Shown: positions 39,896 through 54,300 of the stretch, piece by piece
Numbering within the stretch: the first letter of the stretch is position 1
How the letters are laid out: each line of letters begins with the position of its first letter
Assembly: GCF_031769215.1 (NCBI RefSeq)
Contig: NW_026782057.1
Location: 62,001-126,000, forward strand
DNA length: 64,000 nucleotides
Direction: 5' to 3'
Origin: Ylistrum balloti
Lineage: Eukaryota
Translations under genes and position numbers: made by a program
Notes under the pieces: model-generated
Told to the model about the DNA's origin: nothing
Database searches by the model: none
What the model saw: the letters and a program-made list of their open reading frames with translations, nothing else

Positions 39896-41365
39896 AACTT
39901 ATACGACAGGTCAGGAATATGATTAATAAAATCAAATGTTAAAATTACGTGAAATATTCTGTAGCATATACATTTGTTTCAGTTCAATTAAACTTCAACA
40001 AGTGCCGTTGATTGAATTGAAAGTAGAGTCATCATGGAATGTATGATGTAAACACCACGGGATCAATTTGATCACGTGCTTTTGGATGCAATTATTACTT
40101 AATGTTGGAAAATGTTGAATGCGCTTTACTTGAAATACAGTACATTATTTGTAACATGATACAGATCATAAAGTCTTTAACGAATTAATTTGTAATGAAT
40201 TTGAGAATACATAAACTAAAAATTACGTGTCTTGATTCTAAACGAAACAATTAAGTATACATGAAATAAAAGGCTGTCTACAGTTACCTAGTTTTGTGTT
40301 CCGTTATCAAAATAATAGAAAAACTAGTTTGAACTAATACATTTTAAGTTTTCTCTCATATCTCGCTGTTAGATATAACATGCTCTTGTTGTATATAGGA
40401 TGAATATAAGATATGTGTTTGAACCATCCTCGATATTCCTGGCATAACGCTCACTATTGATCCATACACAGAGCGATAGTGAACTCAGAGTATCAGCCAT
40501 TTGTGACAAACTGCTAAATTTGCAGGATATTCTATTGAGAAAATGGTATTAGCGTATGTTTTATAGTTTTTGCTGTTATTTTTTGGCTGTTTTTGTCAAT
40601 GATCATAGCTAGATCAGATAATGTTAAATACCATCAGTATTTTTCATCCTTGAGTGTCGTCTTTTTTATTCAAAATCGTTACTAAAATCACTCATACCTT
40701 TTGAAATTCCAACAATTGTATTATACCTCTGTCACTGATGTTAAGGGACAGAAGGCAAATGAGAAAAATAGAAAAAAATCACCGGAATGATTGTGAAAAT
40801 CTATGTAGCTTGGGAGGTGCATTGGCCCAATAATTCCATAGACTTTGTAATTGTTTTATTATAATTTCATCAGATCATAGAGTACATGTGTATATTCTGA
40901 ACTATTCGAATGAAGTAACACGTGGCATGCAGGTAACGACAAACCTCGGGGACCATTAGTCCACAAGCAGTGTCTACTACCACTAAATTCGAAGATAGCA
41001 GTCGAATGTCACGTAAAGACAATCAAGTTTTTAGGAAAGGGCTGCACAAAAAAAATGATACCGAAACATACATTAAAATATTGTAATATGTAGCAATTAA
41101 AAGAAAATGTAAGCTAAAATTTCACATCACATTTTTTTAAAAATGTTATGTAATGATGGGGCAACTTTTCGCGGTTGTTTACAAAACATATTACTTGTTC
41201 CCTCACACCAAAAATTGGTAAGGTTACACATTTTCTTCGGGAAGAATGTTTATTCTGCTATGCACGAGTAGTGTAATTTTCAGTTTGTACAGAGTCGGTC
41301 ATGTACAGTGAGATATAATCACCAAACTACACTATATGTACGAGGAGGAGACTGACCTCGCAATT

Positions 41366-41496
41366 NNNNNNNNNNNNNNNNNNNNNNNNNNNNNNNNNNN
41401 NNNNNNNNNNNNNNNNNNNNNNNNNNNNNNNNNNNNNNNNNNNNNNNNNNNNNNNNNNNNNNNNNNNNNNNNNNNNNNNNNNNNNNNNNNNNNNNN
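41366..41496. other. Assembly gap (N run) next to a pentanucleotide repeat
   Basis: 131 N followed by (GCGGT)n / GTGCA-like repeats. Confidence 0.99.
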
Positions 41497-42273
41497 GCGG
41501 CGCGGTGCGGTGCGGTGTATGTAGTACAGTGTAGTGCTGTGCAGTGTAGTGCAGTACAGTTCAGTATCCGGCTTATCTCCAAACCACACACCTCGTATCT
41601 TACCCGAGGTTATATAGGCAGACGACCCAACGTCTGAGCTATCGTCCCCAGTATCTACTCAAGAATTGATATTTTCTTTCTAAAAGTGTTTACAATTTTT
41701 CTTGTTTTAACTTAATCGTTTATATAGATTAACCTATATTATGATGGTTGTGATGACTCTCATCATTTCCTTTTTCCTCGAGTTCAATAAAACTTTTTCA
41801 TGTTTGTGTTGTCTATGGCATTTATGGTTTAGGATTGTAACTTAGAATCAAATTTAAATATCATTCTGTAAATTTTTTTTATCATTTTTATCACAATTCT
41901 TTTTGTGTCATCCAGTGGACTCACACTGATGCTTCATGCATCAATGATATATGTTTGTGTATTGTTTACGATGTTTAAAGTTAATAAACATTTCAGCTGT
42001 AACAAATGTTTCATTTATTGTTTTCAACATTCAAATCTTCCCTTCAATACAATTTGTTGGGTTTAAAAGACTGTAAAACAGACACGCAAGTTTCTATACA
42101 ATATCATAATATGTAGTTAATGATTAGAGTCATTTTGGTTCATGTGTCACATTAAAGAATTTATAAAAACATATGCCAAGAATTATAAGTAACACTCGAT
42201 ACAAAGGCTGTACATACATAGATGATATTCAATGCTTGTTATTCATATTAAACTAATTAATGTTAAACTGAAT

Positions 42274-42430
42274 CGTTTAGATGCTGGTTCTCCTAACTTT
42301 CCCCAGGTATTTGTGTCTATGGATGAAACATGGTCCATCAGTTTAACCCCGGAGACCAAACAACAGTCAAAATAATGCAAGCACCCCTGCGAAGCCTCGC
42401 CAAAGACGGCATATAATGGTTCATCTGTTG
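42274..42430 (+). mobile_element. Tc1/mariner (mariner-type) transposase fragment
   Basis: RLDAGSPNFPQVFVSMDETW...PETKQQSK*CKHP, matching the mariner TGDETW / PETKQQSKQW region with the first catalytic Asp. Confidence 0.75.
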
Positions 42431-45400
42431 AAATTGCTGATTGTATTCCGGTTGTTGCGTGCTGGGTTAACCCAATCAAGTTATCGAGCGGTATAAAGGA
42501 AAGCAGTTTTTATGTGTCGCCACATAAAATTAGCTATACAGCTTGCATATACGTACATAAAACAAATGGCTGACGGTGGACTTTATCCGATTCGCGATAT
42601 CTAATAGTAATGATAATAAAAGACTTTAAACAGTGTCGATGGCACTTTGAGTTCACACAAGTGGCCGACATCAGAACTATACAATATTTATAATCATTAA
42701 TATTGAAACATTACAGACAAATCTTAATATTACAGTAAGATGTAAGAGAACATTTAAATAAAATTAGCTAAAAGATGCATTATGAATGTATATAAAACAT
42801 GTGACACACACAGTAGGGATTAAGAGTTACATAAAATACAATAATGAAATACAGTTACGATGATAATATATGCTAAAACTGCCAGACAGTGGAATTTTAT
42901 ATTTAGAAGTTGAATGTATATTTTTGTGCATTCAAATTTAAAACTATTCAGGTTTTGGCAGTACTTAATACTGTCTGGTCAACCATTCAAAAGTTTGTGT
43001 TTAGTAAAAAAAAAAAAAAAAAAAACTCTTCACCTGGTACAGAATAATCTCCATCTAGTATTATGCGTAAAACTCTCTTTTGCAATCTTTCTAACTTTTT
43101 AATGTATGTTAGAGAACAGTGTCACCAAATATTTGAACAATGATAACAGTAGCCCGTAAGATTGTTAAATTCTCCAATTTTATTTAAGAAAACCGACTGA
43201 TTGCGAAAACACTTGTCAACAAGCACGATTGAGTGAATGAGTGTGAACGCTCGTGTATCGGAGTGTGAAAGTGTGTGCGTGTGCAGGTGTAAGAGTTAGT
43301 TCATGTAAAAACGGCTATCTATCACTTAAACATCATAATATTCCACGTGTAAACTAAATTCATTAGCCGTAAGGCTTTCCTAATAAAAAAATTGAATAAC
43401 AGAGTCAGTGAAAAATGGGAGTCAGACGATTCATTATCTAAAGCCTATATATGATGTACCGTAATAGATATTTTACAACCATCCTTGATCATCGACCTGC
43501 CGGTCCGATTGTTTTAAACATTTACTTATTTATCTGTTAATATTCTGTTTTGCTTACCAATGTTATTTTTGTCGGTCAATTTAACTTCTGTAATTACGAG
43601 CTCATCGTCCTCTTACTGCCATTAACTGCCTAGACCACACGCATGATTGGCGGAGCGTTACTGATTCCCTAAAAGTATTCATCATCGTTTTTAATGGCAG
43701 TCAAACACACACACACGATATTTTAAGTACTATAATTACTTCTTACAATTAAGGCTACAGTGTCACCTTCTCTACTACATCTAATTAAACTTGCACTTCC
43801 CGGTGATATCAGGACTTGTGTACCTGGCTCTTGGTACAGGATACGGTATCAAACTTTGTATAAGCACTGTACCGAATGTATTCGCGAGAACAGAGTCTTT
43901 GTGGCATGGTCAGTTTTGCTTTAAAATGGAATATTGTTATCTATTTGTTGAGTTTATCGACCCGTGAAAATCCTTGTTACTACAGAGGTTACGAGCATTT
44001 TTCGTTCACTGCACCCCTGGAACATTTCATGGAAAAAATTAAGGTTCCATATACGGCACATTGTGGACAAGTCTAGTCTGATTATTTGATGTACATCAGG
44101 CAAATCTCGAGGTCGCATAACGGTATGTTGTATCGACTTTGAAGACGGATATCGTTCTTTTGTATTCTGCGATTGGTCATATTTTTTCTTGAGACCCACT
44201 CAAGACTAATCAAATTGATTCGCGTGTGCCCTCCAGTTTGCAATGAAATGTTCCATGGGTACAGAGATCGCAAACGATCGTAACCCTTGGATTTTCAAAG
44301 AAATCTCAAGAACAGCTAGGATAATTTTGAGGCAGGGCCTCCTTGTAGTAACAAATGACTATCTCAGAAACAACAAATGAGAGACCCATATGCCATCCAT
44401 AAGAATAAAATATCCTGCTCAAGGACAGGCCACGACAGCACAAGCCGCCCGTTTTCAGTTTCCCGAGAAACACAAAACCGCCACGTTAGGGAGCGTCTGA
44501 CTTTCTCCTGAGGTTAGGTAGGTATACCAATAGGTGGTAATTAGTATTTGCATCTTTTAAAACACATAACGACATCCATTCAATATCACCTAGAAAGAAA
44601 AATGACAATTGCCATGTGATTAATACACCTGGCTGGAAACCGACATACGGATGTTTTCATCCGGAACGAAATTCTTAATTGACTTGTAATGTTGCGGCAC
44701 GTTGGTCATCACTTAAAATCACCGAAACGTGAGAGTCTAAGTAATCAATGTATTGTAATGTGTTCATACCACTTGATCAGTTTACTAGCAAGGCATATAT
44801 GCATTGGTACTCCACTGGAATACACTAACTTCACGATCAGCACGCTATAGAGCCAGCGTCAGGAAAAGAGTCCGACATGGATGTTGTGTGTTAATGTATT
44901 AGAATTCTGGTGTTATTTTAACTAACATGGCGCTGACTTTGTGAAGCTGGAACTATCCATCGGACATTGTAATCACCCAGATACAGGTATAGTGATTTTC
45001 CTCGATTGCTTTTTAACTGTGTACATTCACGAACTTTAATTATTTCATTACATGTCAATGTAACACTCGCAAAATCCTATGAATATGCTCCTTATTATAA
45101 TTAAAATGGATGATTTTATAACGTTCATCATTTGATATGCATAGCTTTTGCTGAAAATTGATATATTGGTGCAGAATTTTCGCCAAGAAATATACTTGTA
45201 CATGTAACACATAGCGTGCCTTGTGCTCATATTGACATAACAGATGCAACAGAAAAACGTATATTGAGAACGATCTCGATTGACAGAAAATGATACAGCA
45301 TTGTTTGATGAAGCCACCATTACGATGCTAATCAATTACTGAATAATCAATTCAGAATCCTACAATCGATATTTGTTAAAAATGACAGTGTCTTATTCCT

Positions 45401-45437
45401 GTGATAGGCATTTCGAAGATATTCATCTATTATCTAA

Positions 45438-48400
45438 TGGTGTTTTTTTATGAACATCTCATGTAGTTAACAGTGGTGTTAAATGAACGTTTCCGTTGGA
45501 AACATTGTTGTTAAATGAACGTTTCCATTGGAAACATTGGTGTTAAATGAACGTTTCCGTTGGAAACATTGGTGTTAAATGAACGTTTCCGTTGGAAACA
45601 TTGTTGTTAAATGAACGTCTCCTGTGGTTAACAGTGTTGTTAAATGAACGTCACCTGTGGTTAACAGTGTTGTTTGATGAACGTCTCATATGGTTAACAG
45701 TGTTGTTAAATGAACGTCTCCTGTGGTTAACAGTGTTGTTAACTGAACGTCTCCTGTAGTTAACAGTGTTGTTAACTGAACGTCTCCTGTAGTTAACAGT
45801 GTTGTTAAATGAACGTCTCATGTGGTTAACAGTGTTGTTAAATGAACGTCTCCTGTGGTTAACATTGTTGTTAAATGAACGTCTCATGTGGTTAACATTG
45901 GTGTTAAATGAACGTCTCCTGTGGTTAACAGTGTTGTTAAATGAATGTCACCTGTGGTTAACATTGTTGTTAAATGAACATCATCTCCTGTGGTTAACAG
46001 TGTTGTTAAATGAACGTCACCTGTGGTTAACAGTGTTGTTTGATGAACGTCTCATATGGTTAACAGTGTTGTTAAATGAACGTCTCCTGTGGTTAACATT
46101 GTTGTTAACTGAACGTCTCCTGTAGTTAACAGTGTTGTTAAATGAACGTCTCATGTGGTTAACAGTGTTGTTAAATGAACGTCTCATGTGGTTAACATTG
46201 GTGTTAAATGAATGTCTCCTGTGGTTAACAGTGTTCTTAAATGAACGTCTCATGTGGTTAACAGTGTTGTTAAATGAACGTTTCCGTTGGAAACATTGTT
46301 GTTAAATGAACGTCTCATGTGGTTAACATTGGTGTTAAATGAACGTCTCCTGTGGTTAACAGTGTTGTTAAATGAATGTCACCTGTGGTTAACAGTGTTG
46401 TTAAATGAACGTTTCCGTTGGAAACATTGTTGTTAAATGAACATCTCCTGTGGTTAACAGTGTTGTTAAATGAACGTCACCTGTGGTTAACAGTGTTGTT
46501 TGATGAACGTCTCATATGGTTAACAGTGTTGTTAAATGAACGTTTCCGTTGGAAACATTGTTGTTAAATGAACATCTCCTGTGGTTAACAGTGTTGTTAA
46601 ATGAACGTCACCTGTGGTTAACAGTGTTGTTTGATGAACGTCTCATATGGTTAACAGTGTTGTTAAATGAACGTCTCCTGTGGTTAACATTGGTGTTAAA
46701 TGAACGTCTCCTGTGGTTAACAGTGTTGTTAAACGAACCTCTCATGTAGTAAAAAGCGTTGTTAAACGAACGTCTCCTGTGGTTAACAGTGTTGTTAAAT
46801 GAATGTCTCATATAGCTAACAGCGTTGTTAAATGAACGTCTCATGTGGTTAACCGTGCTGTTAAATGAACGTCTCCTGTGATTAACAGTGGTGTTAAATG
46901 AACGTCTCCTGTGTTTAACAGTGTTGTTTGATGAACGTCTCATATAGTTAACGGTGTTGTTAAATTAACGTCTCCGGTGATTGACAGTGGTGTTTGATGA
47001 ACGTCTCATGTAGTTAACAATGGTGTTAAATGAACGTCTCATGTGGTTAACAGTGTTGTTAAATGAACGTCTCATGTGGTTAACATTGGTGTTAAATGAA
47101 CGTCTCCTGTGTTTAACAGTGTTGTTAAATGAATGTCTCCTGTGGTTAACAGTGTTGTTAAATGAACGTCTCATGTGGTCAACAGTGTTGTTAAATGAAC
47201 GTTTCCGTTGGAAACATTGTTGTTAAATGAACGTCTCATGTGGTTAACAGTGTTGTTAAATGAACGTCTCATGTGGTTAACAGTGTTGTTAAATGAACGT
47301 CTCATGTGGTTAACATTGGTGTTAAATGAACGTCTCCTGTGGTTAACAGTGTTGTTAAATGAATGTCTCCTGTGGTTAACAGCGTTGTTAAATGAACGTC
47401 TCATGTGGTTAACCGTGTTGTTAAATGAACGTCTCCTGTGATTAACAGTGGTGTTAAATGAACGTCTCCTGTGTTTAACAGTGTTGTTTGATGAACGTCT
47501 CATATAGTTAACGGTGTTGTTAAATTAACGTCTCCGGTGATTGACAGTGGTGTTTGATGAATGTCTCATATAGTTAACAATGGTGTTAAATGAACGTCTC
47601 CTGTGGTTAACAGTGTTGTTAAATGAACGTCTCATGTGGTTAACATTGTTGTTAAATGAACGTCTCATGTGGTTAACATTGGTGTTAAATGAACGTCTCC
47701 TGTGGTTAACAGTGTTGTTAAATGAACGTCTCCTGTGGTTAACAGTGTTGTTAAATGAATGTCTCCTGTGGTTAACAGTGTTGTTAAATGAACGTCTCCT
47801 GTGGTTAACAGTGTTGTTAAATGAACGTCACCTGTGGTTAACAGTGTTGTTAAATGAACGTCTCATGTGGTTAACAGTGTTGTTAAATGAACGTCACCTG
47901 TGGTTAACAGTGTTGTTAAATGAACGTCTCATGTGGTTAACAGTGTTGTTAAATGAACGTCACCTGTGGTTAACAGTGTTGTTTGATGAACGTCTCATGT
48001 GGTTAACAGTGTTGTTAAATGAACGTCTGCTGTGGTTAACAGTGTTGTTAAATGAACGTCTCATGTGGTTAACAGTGTTGTTAAATGAACGTCTCCTGTG
48101 GTTAACAGTGATGTTAAATGAACGTCTCCTGTGGTTAACAGTGTTGTTAATGAACGTCTCCTGTGGCTAACAGTGTTGTTAAATGAACGTCTCCTGTGAT
48201 TAACAGTGGAGTTAAATGAACGTCTCTTGTGGTTAACACTGTTGTTTGATGAATGTCTCCTGTGGTTAACAGTGTTGTTAAATGAACGTCTCCTGTGGTT
48301 GACATTGGTGTTAAATGAATGTCACCTGTGGTTAACAGTGTTGTTAAATGAACGTTTCCGTTGGAAACATTGTTGTTAAATGAACGTCTCATGTGGTTAA

Positions 48401-48780
48401 CATTGGTGTTAAATGAACGTCTCCTGTGGTTAACAGTGTTGTTTGATGAACGTCTCATGTGGTTAACAGTGTTGTTAAATGAACGTCTCCTGTGGTTAAC
48501 AGTGATGTTAAATGAACGTCTCATGTAGTTAACAATGTTGTTAAATGAACGTCTCCTGTGGCTAACAGTGTTGTTAAATGAACGTCTCCTGTGATTAACA
48601 GTGTTGTTAAATGAACGTCTCATGTGGTTAACAGTGTTGTTAAATGAACGTCTCCTGTGATTAACAGTGTTGTTAAATGAATGTCTCCTGCGGTTAACAG
48701 TGTTGTTAGATAAACGTCTCCTGTGGTGTACAGTGTTGTTTGATAAACGTCTCCTATGATTAACAGAGGTATTTGGTGAA
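45438..48780. repeat. 33-bp minisatellite/satellite array, ~100 copies (GAACGTCTCCTGTGGTTAACAGTGTTGTTAAAT), with 32-bp variant monomers
   Basis: Directly visible; head-to-tail monomers with no unique spacers. Confidence 0.97.
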
Positions 48781-48829
48781 CTTTTTAGCTCTTCGAACTA
48801 TGATGTGTGAGATGTGCTTTATTTTAAGG

Positions 48830-50480
48830 TTTTCTCCAACGAACGCTAAGAAAGTTGCAAAAGGAAATTACTCTAACCTTTACCTTGTTCACTTGGATCA
48901 AATTTATCAAAAAAATTTCATCGAATTTTTTCAGTAATCAAAAGGCATGGACTTACGTACTTGAAACATTTCTAGAATGCCAAGAAGGTTTGCGAAAATA
49001 AAATCTTAACCACAAGCGTCTAATTTGTTGAAAGCTTCAATCATTTTTTCTCCACAACCTAAAGGTATAGAATTATGAAGTTTGACTGAAAGGTTTCAAA
49101 CATGAAGCCCAACAAAGTCTGCGAAAAAATTACCTTGATTCATATGAAGCCACAGGGGCCAAATTCGTTAAAACTTTTAAAGGCACTAAATGGTTAAATT
49201 TCGTTATTTTTTCGGATACGTTTGATTTCGGGCAGGCATTGTAATACTTGAAATTAGACTCTTCACAGAATTAAAACACTCTCTAAGAGAAATTGATAAA
49301 GATTATCAGCTTCAAATTATCGCTAGTCGACACTCACTGTGTGTCAACCACTCATCCCTGTTTTGATCGTAGACAGCCGAGTTCGTCACGTGACCTTTCG
49401 GAGCCTCGTTTTAACCCGCCGTTTTGATATGATTTCTTACTATGTATTATCATTATGCAATCCTATTATGCAGTCAACCAAAACTTAATTTGCCGACCAT
49501 GTTTTATGTTGTAAAATAATCTCTTGTTTTACGCTATACGCGTGACAAAGCGAATTAAATTAGTTTGGATTAATATAAATCTAAAATTGCATGCGCAAAG
49601 ACATTGTTGACACTCTCCAAACGATCATGATAAGAATTAGTGTTGAATCGCTCCTATCTTATTCTAATTTTTTGACGTTGTTAATGAAATGGTTGTGCAA
49701 GCTTTAACTGTTATAATCAACAGAAAGTACACAATATTTAACATATTTAAATGTTATAACGTTTTTTTTATCAATTATGTAATTAAAATTTAACCATTTA
49801 GTCCATTTCAACGATTTGTTTCCGATAAATAAAATACCTAGACTCATGATATCTGGAGGGAAAATTCCAAGAACGAAAGCCAGCAAAGTTTGGAGTAAAT
49901 GACCTTGACCCTAACTGAAGTCACAGGGATCAAATTTGTTTAAACATTTAAACGACTACTTCTGGTCAACCAAAAGTTCATACAATCATGATATTTTGCT
50001 GATAGGTTTCAGGATGAAGTCCAACATGACATTGACTTTTATTCAAGGTCACAGTGGTCAGATTTGTTTAAACCTTTATTCGACTTCTTTTTATCAACTA
50101 AAAGTCATTGGATCTCGATATCTCGCTCGTATGTTCCTTGGATGAACCTCGCCAATTTCACTAAAAGATTTGACCTTGACACCTATTCACGGTCACAAAG
50201 GTCACAATTTGAAAAACTTCCAAATTCCTTTTTACAACCATCAAGTTGTAGAATCATGAACTTTGGTTAATAGGTTGCTCAGATGAAACCTTAACAAAAC
50301 TTACGGAAACAATTTACCTTAACCTATTGACAGTCAAAAAAATCGTTTTGTTTTAAAACTTCCAAACAAATCCTTCTCGATATCTTCAAATTCAAAAAAG
50401 CAATAATTAAAATCATTGGGCAGGTAGGTGGGAAAATCATTGAATACCAGATGAATGATGCAGGTCCTTTGAGCCTTTTG
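48830..50480. mobile_element. Decayed bivalve-type non-autonomous element with internal ~130-140 bp tandem units (Helentron/pearl-like)
   Basis: Three degenerate units starting GTCACA at ~49921, ~50048 and ~50192; GACCTTGAC motifs; a terminus resembling CAGGTGAGCGAT..GGCCTCTTGTT at ~50440-50480. Family assignment is from memory. Confidence 0.4.
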
Positions 50481-50849
50481 TTATTATTGCGTATTTTAAA
50501 AGATACGGCTTCTTTGGTCGAGATAATGTTTGTAAATCCTCCAAATTTTGTAAATTCTCTCAATGTTTTCGTTGCTTCATGGAAATTAGAACTGACATTT
50601 TAAACTGATATTAATTCTAATCGCCTGTTTGTAGTTATGTATTAATATATTCATGCCTTTCTTGATGTTACACTGTATATAAAAAAAATTGTGTTTTTAA
50701 AGTGGGGTTATTTTGTATTTTAGGAGTAACATCAAACAGTCACATCTTGGGATTCCAGGCCAGGACGTGTGTTTTGGTGGAAATTACACCTTTGGAATGT
50801 GCTTGTTGTTCTTGTGGATGAACTATATTCGCTATCTAAATCTACTGCT

Positions 50850-50856
50850 TATAAAA
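50850..50856 (+). promoter_or_regulatory. Candidate TATA box for gene C
   Basis: TATAAAA about 100 bp upstream of ATG 50955; the transcription start is unknown. Confidence 0.3.
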
Positions 50857-50954
50857 TCTGTTTACATGTATCGAGGCTTATAGTGAGTACTTCCTGTATA
50901 AACAACACGATGAACATGTAAAGATTAAAAAAAAAACACATTAGTGTATTCGAA

Positions 50955-51314
50955 ATGGATGAGAATAACTCAACTTTATTACGTCATCTCGTGATTATGT
51001 ACATACGGGTAATTATCTTCTTGATTGTACTTAACCTTGTTCTAAGTGTAAATATAACGAAAGATGACATCATAAATCTGAATACTGTAAAATACGTACA
51101 GGGATTTCGTCTGCGGACTGGAGTATTCCGTGTTTATGAAAACACGTCCTATACATCATGTGTGAGAGAATGTCTGCGGCGTCGACAGTGCGTGGCGATC
51201 TCGTATCATCTTGTCAATTTTTACTGCCACCTCGGGAGCCAGACATCAGACATAGAAAATGTCGGTGATAATAAAATTATCTCTAGTCATCCGACAGACT
51301 GGAATCCACCAAAG
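50955..51314 (+). CDS. Gene C exon 1: signal peptide/anchor + PAN domain
   Basis: MYIRVIIFLIVLNLVLS hydrophobic stretch; SCVRECLRRRQCVAISYHLVNFYCHL; WNPPK|GTAAAT. Confidence 0.88.
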
Positions 51315-54300
51315 GTAAATATTACGTAATGTTTAACATTGTGATTTTCCCCGAGTCGCTGTATCAACTGTATGATGCCGTTTAATTCATTCTTTTGCTA
51401 TATCGAATTCTGAACTTGTATCAAAATGGTCTTTTCTACAGTCTTTGAGAAGTTTATCCCGTTATCTGATGGAATGGCTGGTATTGTGAAATGCTGAGTA
51501 CATTAAGTCTGATGATATACGTTGTGAAGAGATTGCCAAAGTATTTTTTTCCAGTAGAAAGAGTTGTGAGGTTTGTTTGAAAACATTTTTTATTACTGTA
51601 GGACTTAATGTTTGAAAAAGGCTTATACCTCATTTTATTTGACGTTAATGTTTGTTTATGAAATTATTTCACATTTTTTTGCAGTACATACAAAAATGCA
51701 ATGTATATCTTATAGTTGTACATCTCCGTGTGAAATATATTTTACCCCAATGACGGTACGAATTTTTTTTTCGCATTAATACCAATTATTCACAGTAAAT
51801 GTAACTTGACTTTAGATTACCATGGAGTCTTGATGATGTTGATAGCACAATGAAGTCAGTATGAACTTTATCGATCCTACATGATACAAACGATTCCCAG
51901 CTACCGTTTTCCAACGTTGATAACTACTTATTTAATAGAGCAAAAAGCTTCGTTCACGTCACACCTAGAATAAACCAATCACAATAAGTCCAACACATAA
52001 ACGAACGTTACCAGTCCCGGTGTAAAGCTAGCTACGGACCATTTAAGTTTTTTAGTGTCATTGTGAATAATTTACTGACATTGTGCTGTCAACCATGTTT
52101 ATTCGTTGTAAAAATTGTAATTACAATTACCGGTTCGTCATAATGGGTATTCCTAGCTTTATCGTGCTATGAAATTGTGGAGACACCTGCATATAAATGA
52201 ATGGCAACAACGCAACATACGGAACTGTGGATACAACGAAAGGATAGGGAATGACAGTATTTAGTGTGGATACAACGAAAGGATAGGGAAGGACAGGATT
52301 TAGTGAGGATACAACGAAAGGATAGGGAAGGACAGGATTTAGTGAGGATACAACGAAAGGATAGGGAAGGACAGGATTTAGTGAGGATACAACGAAAGGA
52401 TAGGGAATGACAGGATTTAGTGAGGATACAACGAAAGGATAGGGAAGGACAGGATTTAGTGAGGATACAACGAAAGGATAGGGAAGGACAGGATTTAGTG
52501 AGGATACAACGAAAGGATAGGGTATGACAGGATCTAGTTAGGATACAAAGAAAGGATATGGAATGACAGGATCTAGTTAGGATACAAAGAAAGGATAGGG
52601 AATGACAGGATCTAGTTAGGATACAAAGAAAGGATATGGAATGACAGTGTTTAGTGAAGAAGCAACACAAGAATAGGAAATGACAACATAAACTGAGTGA
52701 CACGAAAATAGAAGGAAATGACAACATGAATTTAAGAGACACGAAAAGAAAATTAAATCAAACATCAACATAGAATGACGAGACTCACAAACAAAGGAAA
52801 GAGAACGAGTGAGACGAAAATCAAGAGAGAAAACAGAAAGACAACAATCGGACATGAAAAGTTAAGAAAACAAAGAGATGGCAGGAAAATAGCTGATGAG
52901 CCAGTGACAGGAAAGAAACGTCCACAACAGAAATTGATTTGTCAACAGGAAGAAAAAACAACATATATGTGGAACCAATAAAACAATAGAATAAAAGAAA
53001 CATTTATATCAAACTACAGACACGATTAAAGCATTTTTATAAAGTAAAACTTTGTAAAAGAGCAGAAACATGTCCAGATAATTTCATTTCCCTTCAGTCA
53101 ATAAATATCCGAAAATGGTCTGTCCGAAATCAAGCTTGTTTATAAATACACACTTTAACATGCGGCTTATTAGCACATGAGAGAGGATTATAAAACTTAT
53201 GCTAGCAAAATTCTGAGTGAAAAAACACTGATGTTCATTGAAATATTGTACACGTGAGTCTGTGAATAAAAAAATGCTTTCCTTTAGAAGGACACCTCAG
53301 GATCTCCTCGTTAAGTTGATACTTAGGCCGTCCGCACAATCGGAGCCAAGATTTGCACTTCTCATGCTTCGTCTGAGATTTGGGAAAAGGTATGAACACA
53401 ACACCTCTCTCTAATCGCTCTGCGTAACGAAATCGGTGTTGCAAGTTCCCCGGCAGCAACGTTTCACCATTGTCGGAGAATGTCGGAGTAGCGAAACGTA
53501 AACAAAGAGGCGAATACTACCCGCGATCTGATTGGCTAAACCGCGCTGTCAATCAAAAGCTGTCGATCGGCCAATTATAAAAGCGACGGATTGAAATTGA
53601 TTAAAATTGGCCAAGTTAAGTATCAAACCCCAGATGTGGAGTTACATTAAGCCCATGAAAAACATACTGATAAGTTTTGTTCTATTGACGCAATACATGT
53701 CCCATAGCGGCCCAGAAGCATCGTACTGATTTATAAATAATTTAAAAAAGTAACAGTGACCTTGACCCCACAACCCTGAAACTCGAACTTTTTTTTATTA
53801 TTTGATGCATGATATGTGTGTCAAGTTTAATGACTCTCCCTACAGGAATGAAGCGGATTGGCAGCTGATAAATTTTCACAGAACATTGATTTCTTTGTCC
53901 ATTTTCTGTCTATATGAATCAATGAAGCATGGCGAATAAATGTAATTTGAGAATTTGTTCAGTGGCATGGATCGTTGCTGAGCCTTTGTTACATTTAAAG
54001 TACGTGTATATCGCATTAACGAATATATCGTATATAAAAACAGTGTGTGTGTCCTTTAAAATGACAAACAAAGCATATATTTGTAGGTAAAGTTTGTGGT
54101 ACTGGTGTATTAAGTACAGATTCTGAAATTAATTACTCATTTATTTTTCTATTTGTTATGAACTGAAGTGCGTAACGAACTCCAGTCAACCATACACGTT
54201 AAATGTTTGTCTTCCTTAGTAATAAAGTTTATACAAAGTGTAAACCTGAACTAATCTGTAGGCAGAATAACAGCCAAGAAAAAAAAATAAACGTGCTTTA

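Noticed and set aside
45438-48780. CRISPR array, or repeat-protein ORFs (LTVLLNERLLW / HRRRSFNNTVN)
   Set aside because: Monomers are contiguous with no unique spacers or cas genes, and the context is eukaryotic. The ORFs arise because the 33-bp unit is a multiple of 3, and they are broken by the 32-bp variants.
52167-52742. 191-aa Cys-rich ORF with 13-aa repeats
   Set aside because: It is a translation of the 39-bp intronic minisatellite on the antisense strand, with no independent evidence of coding.
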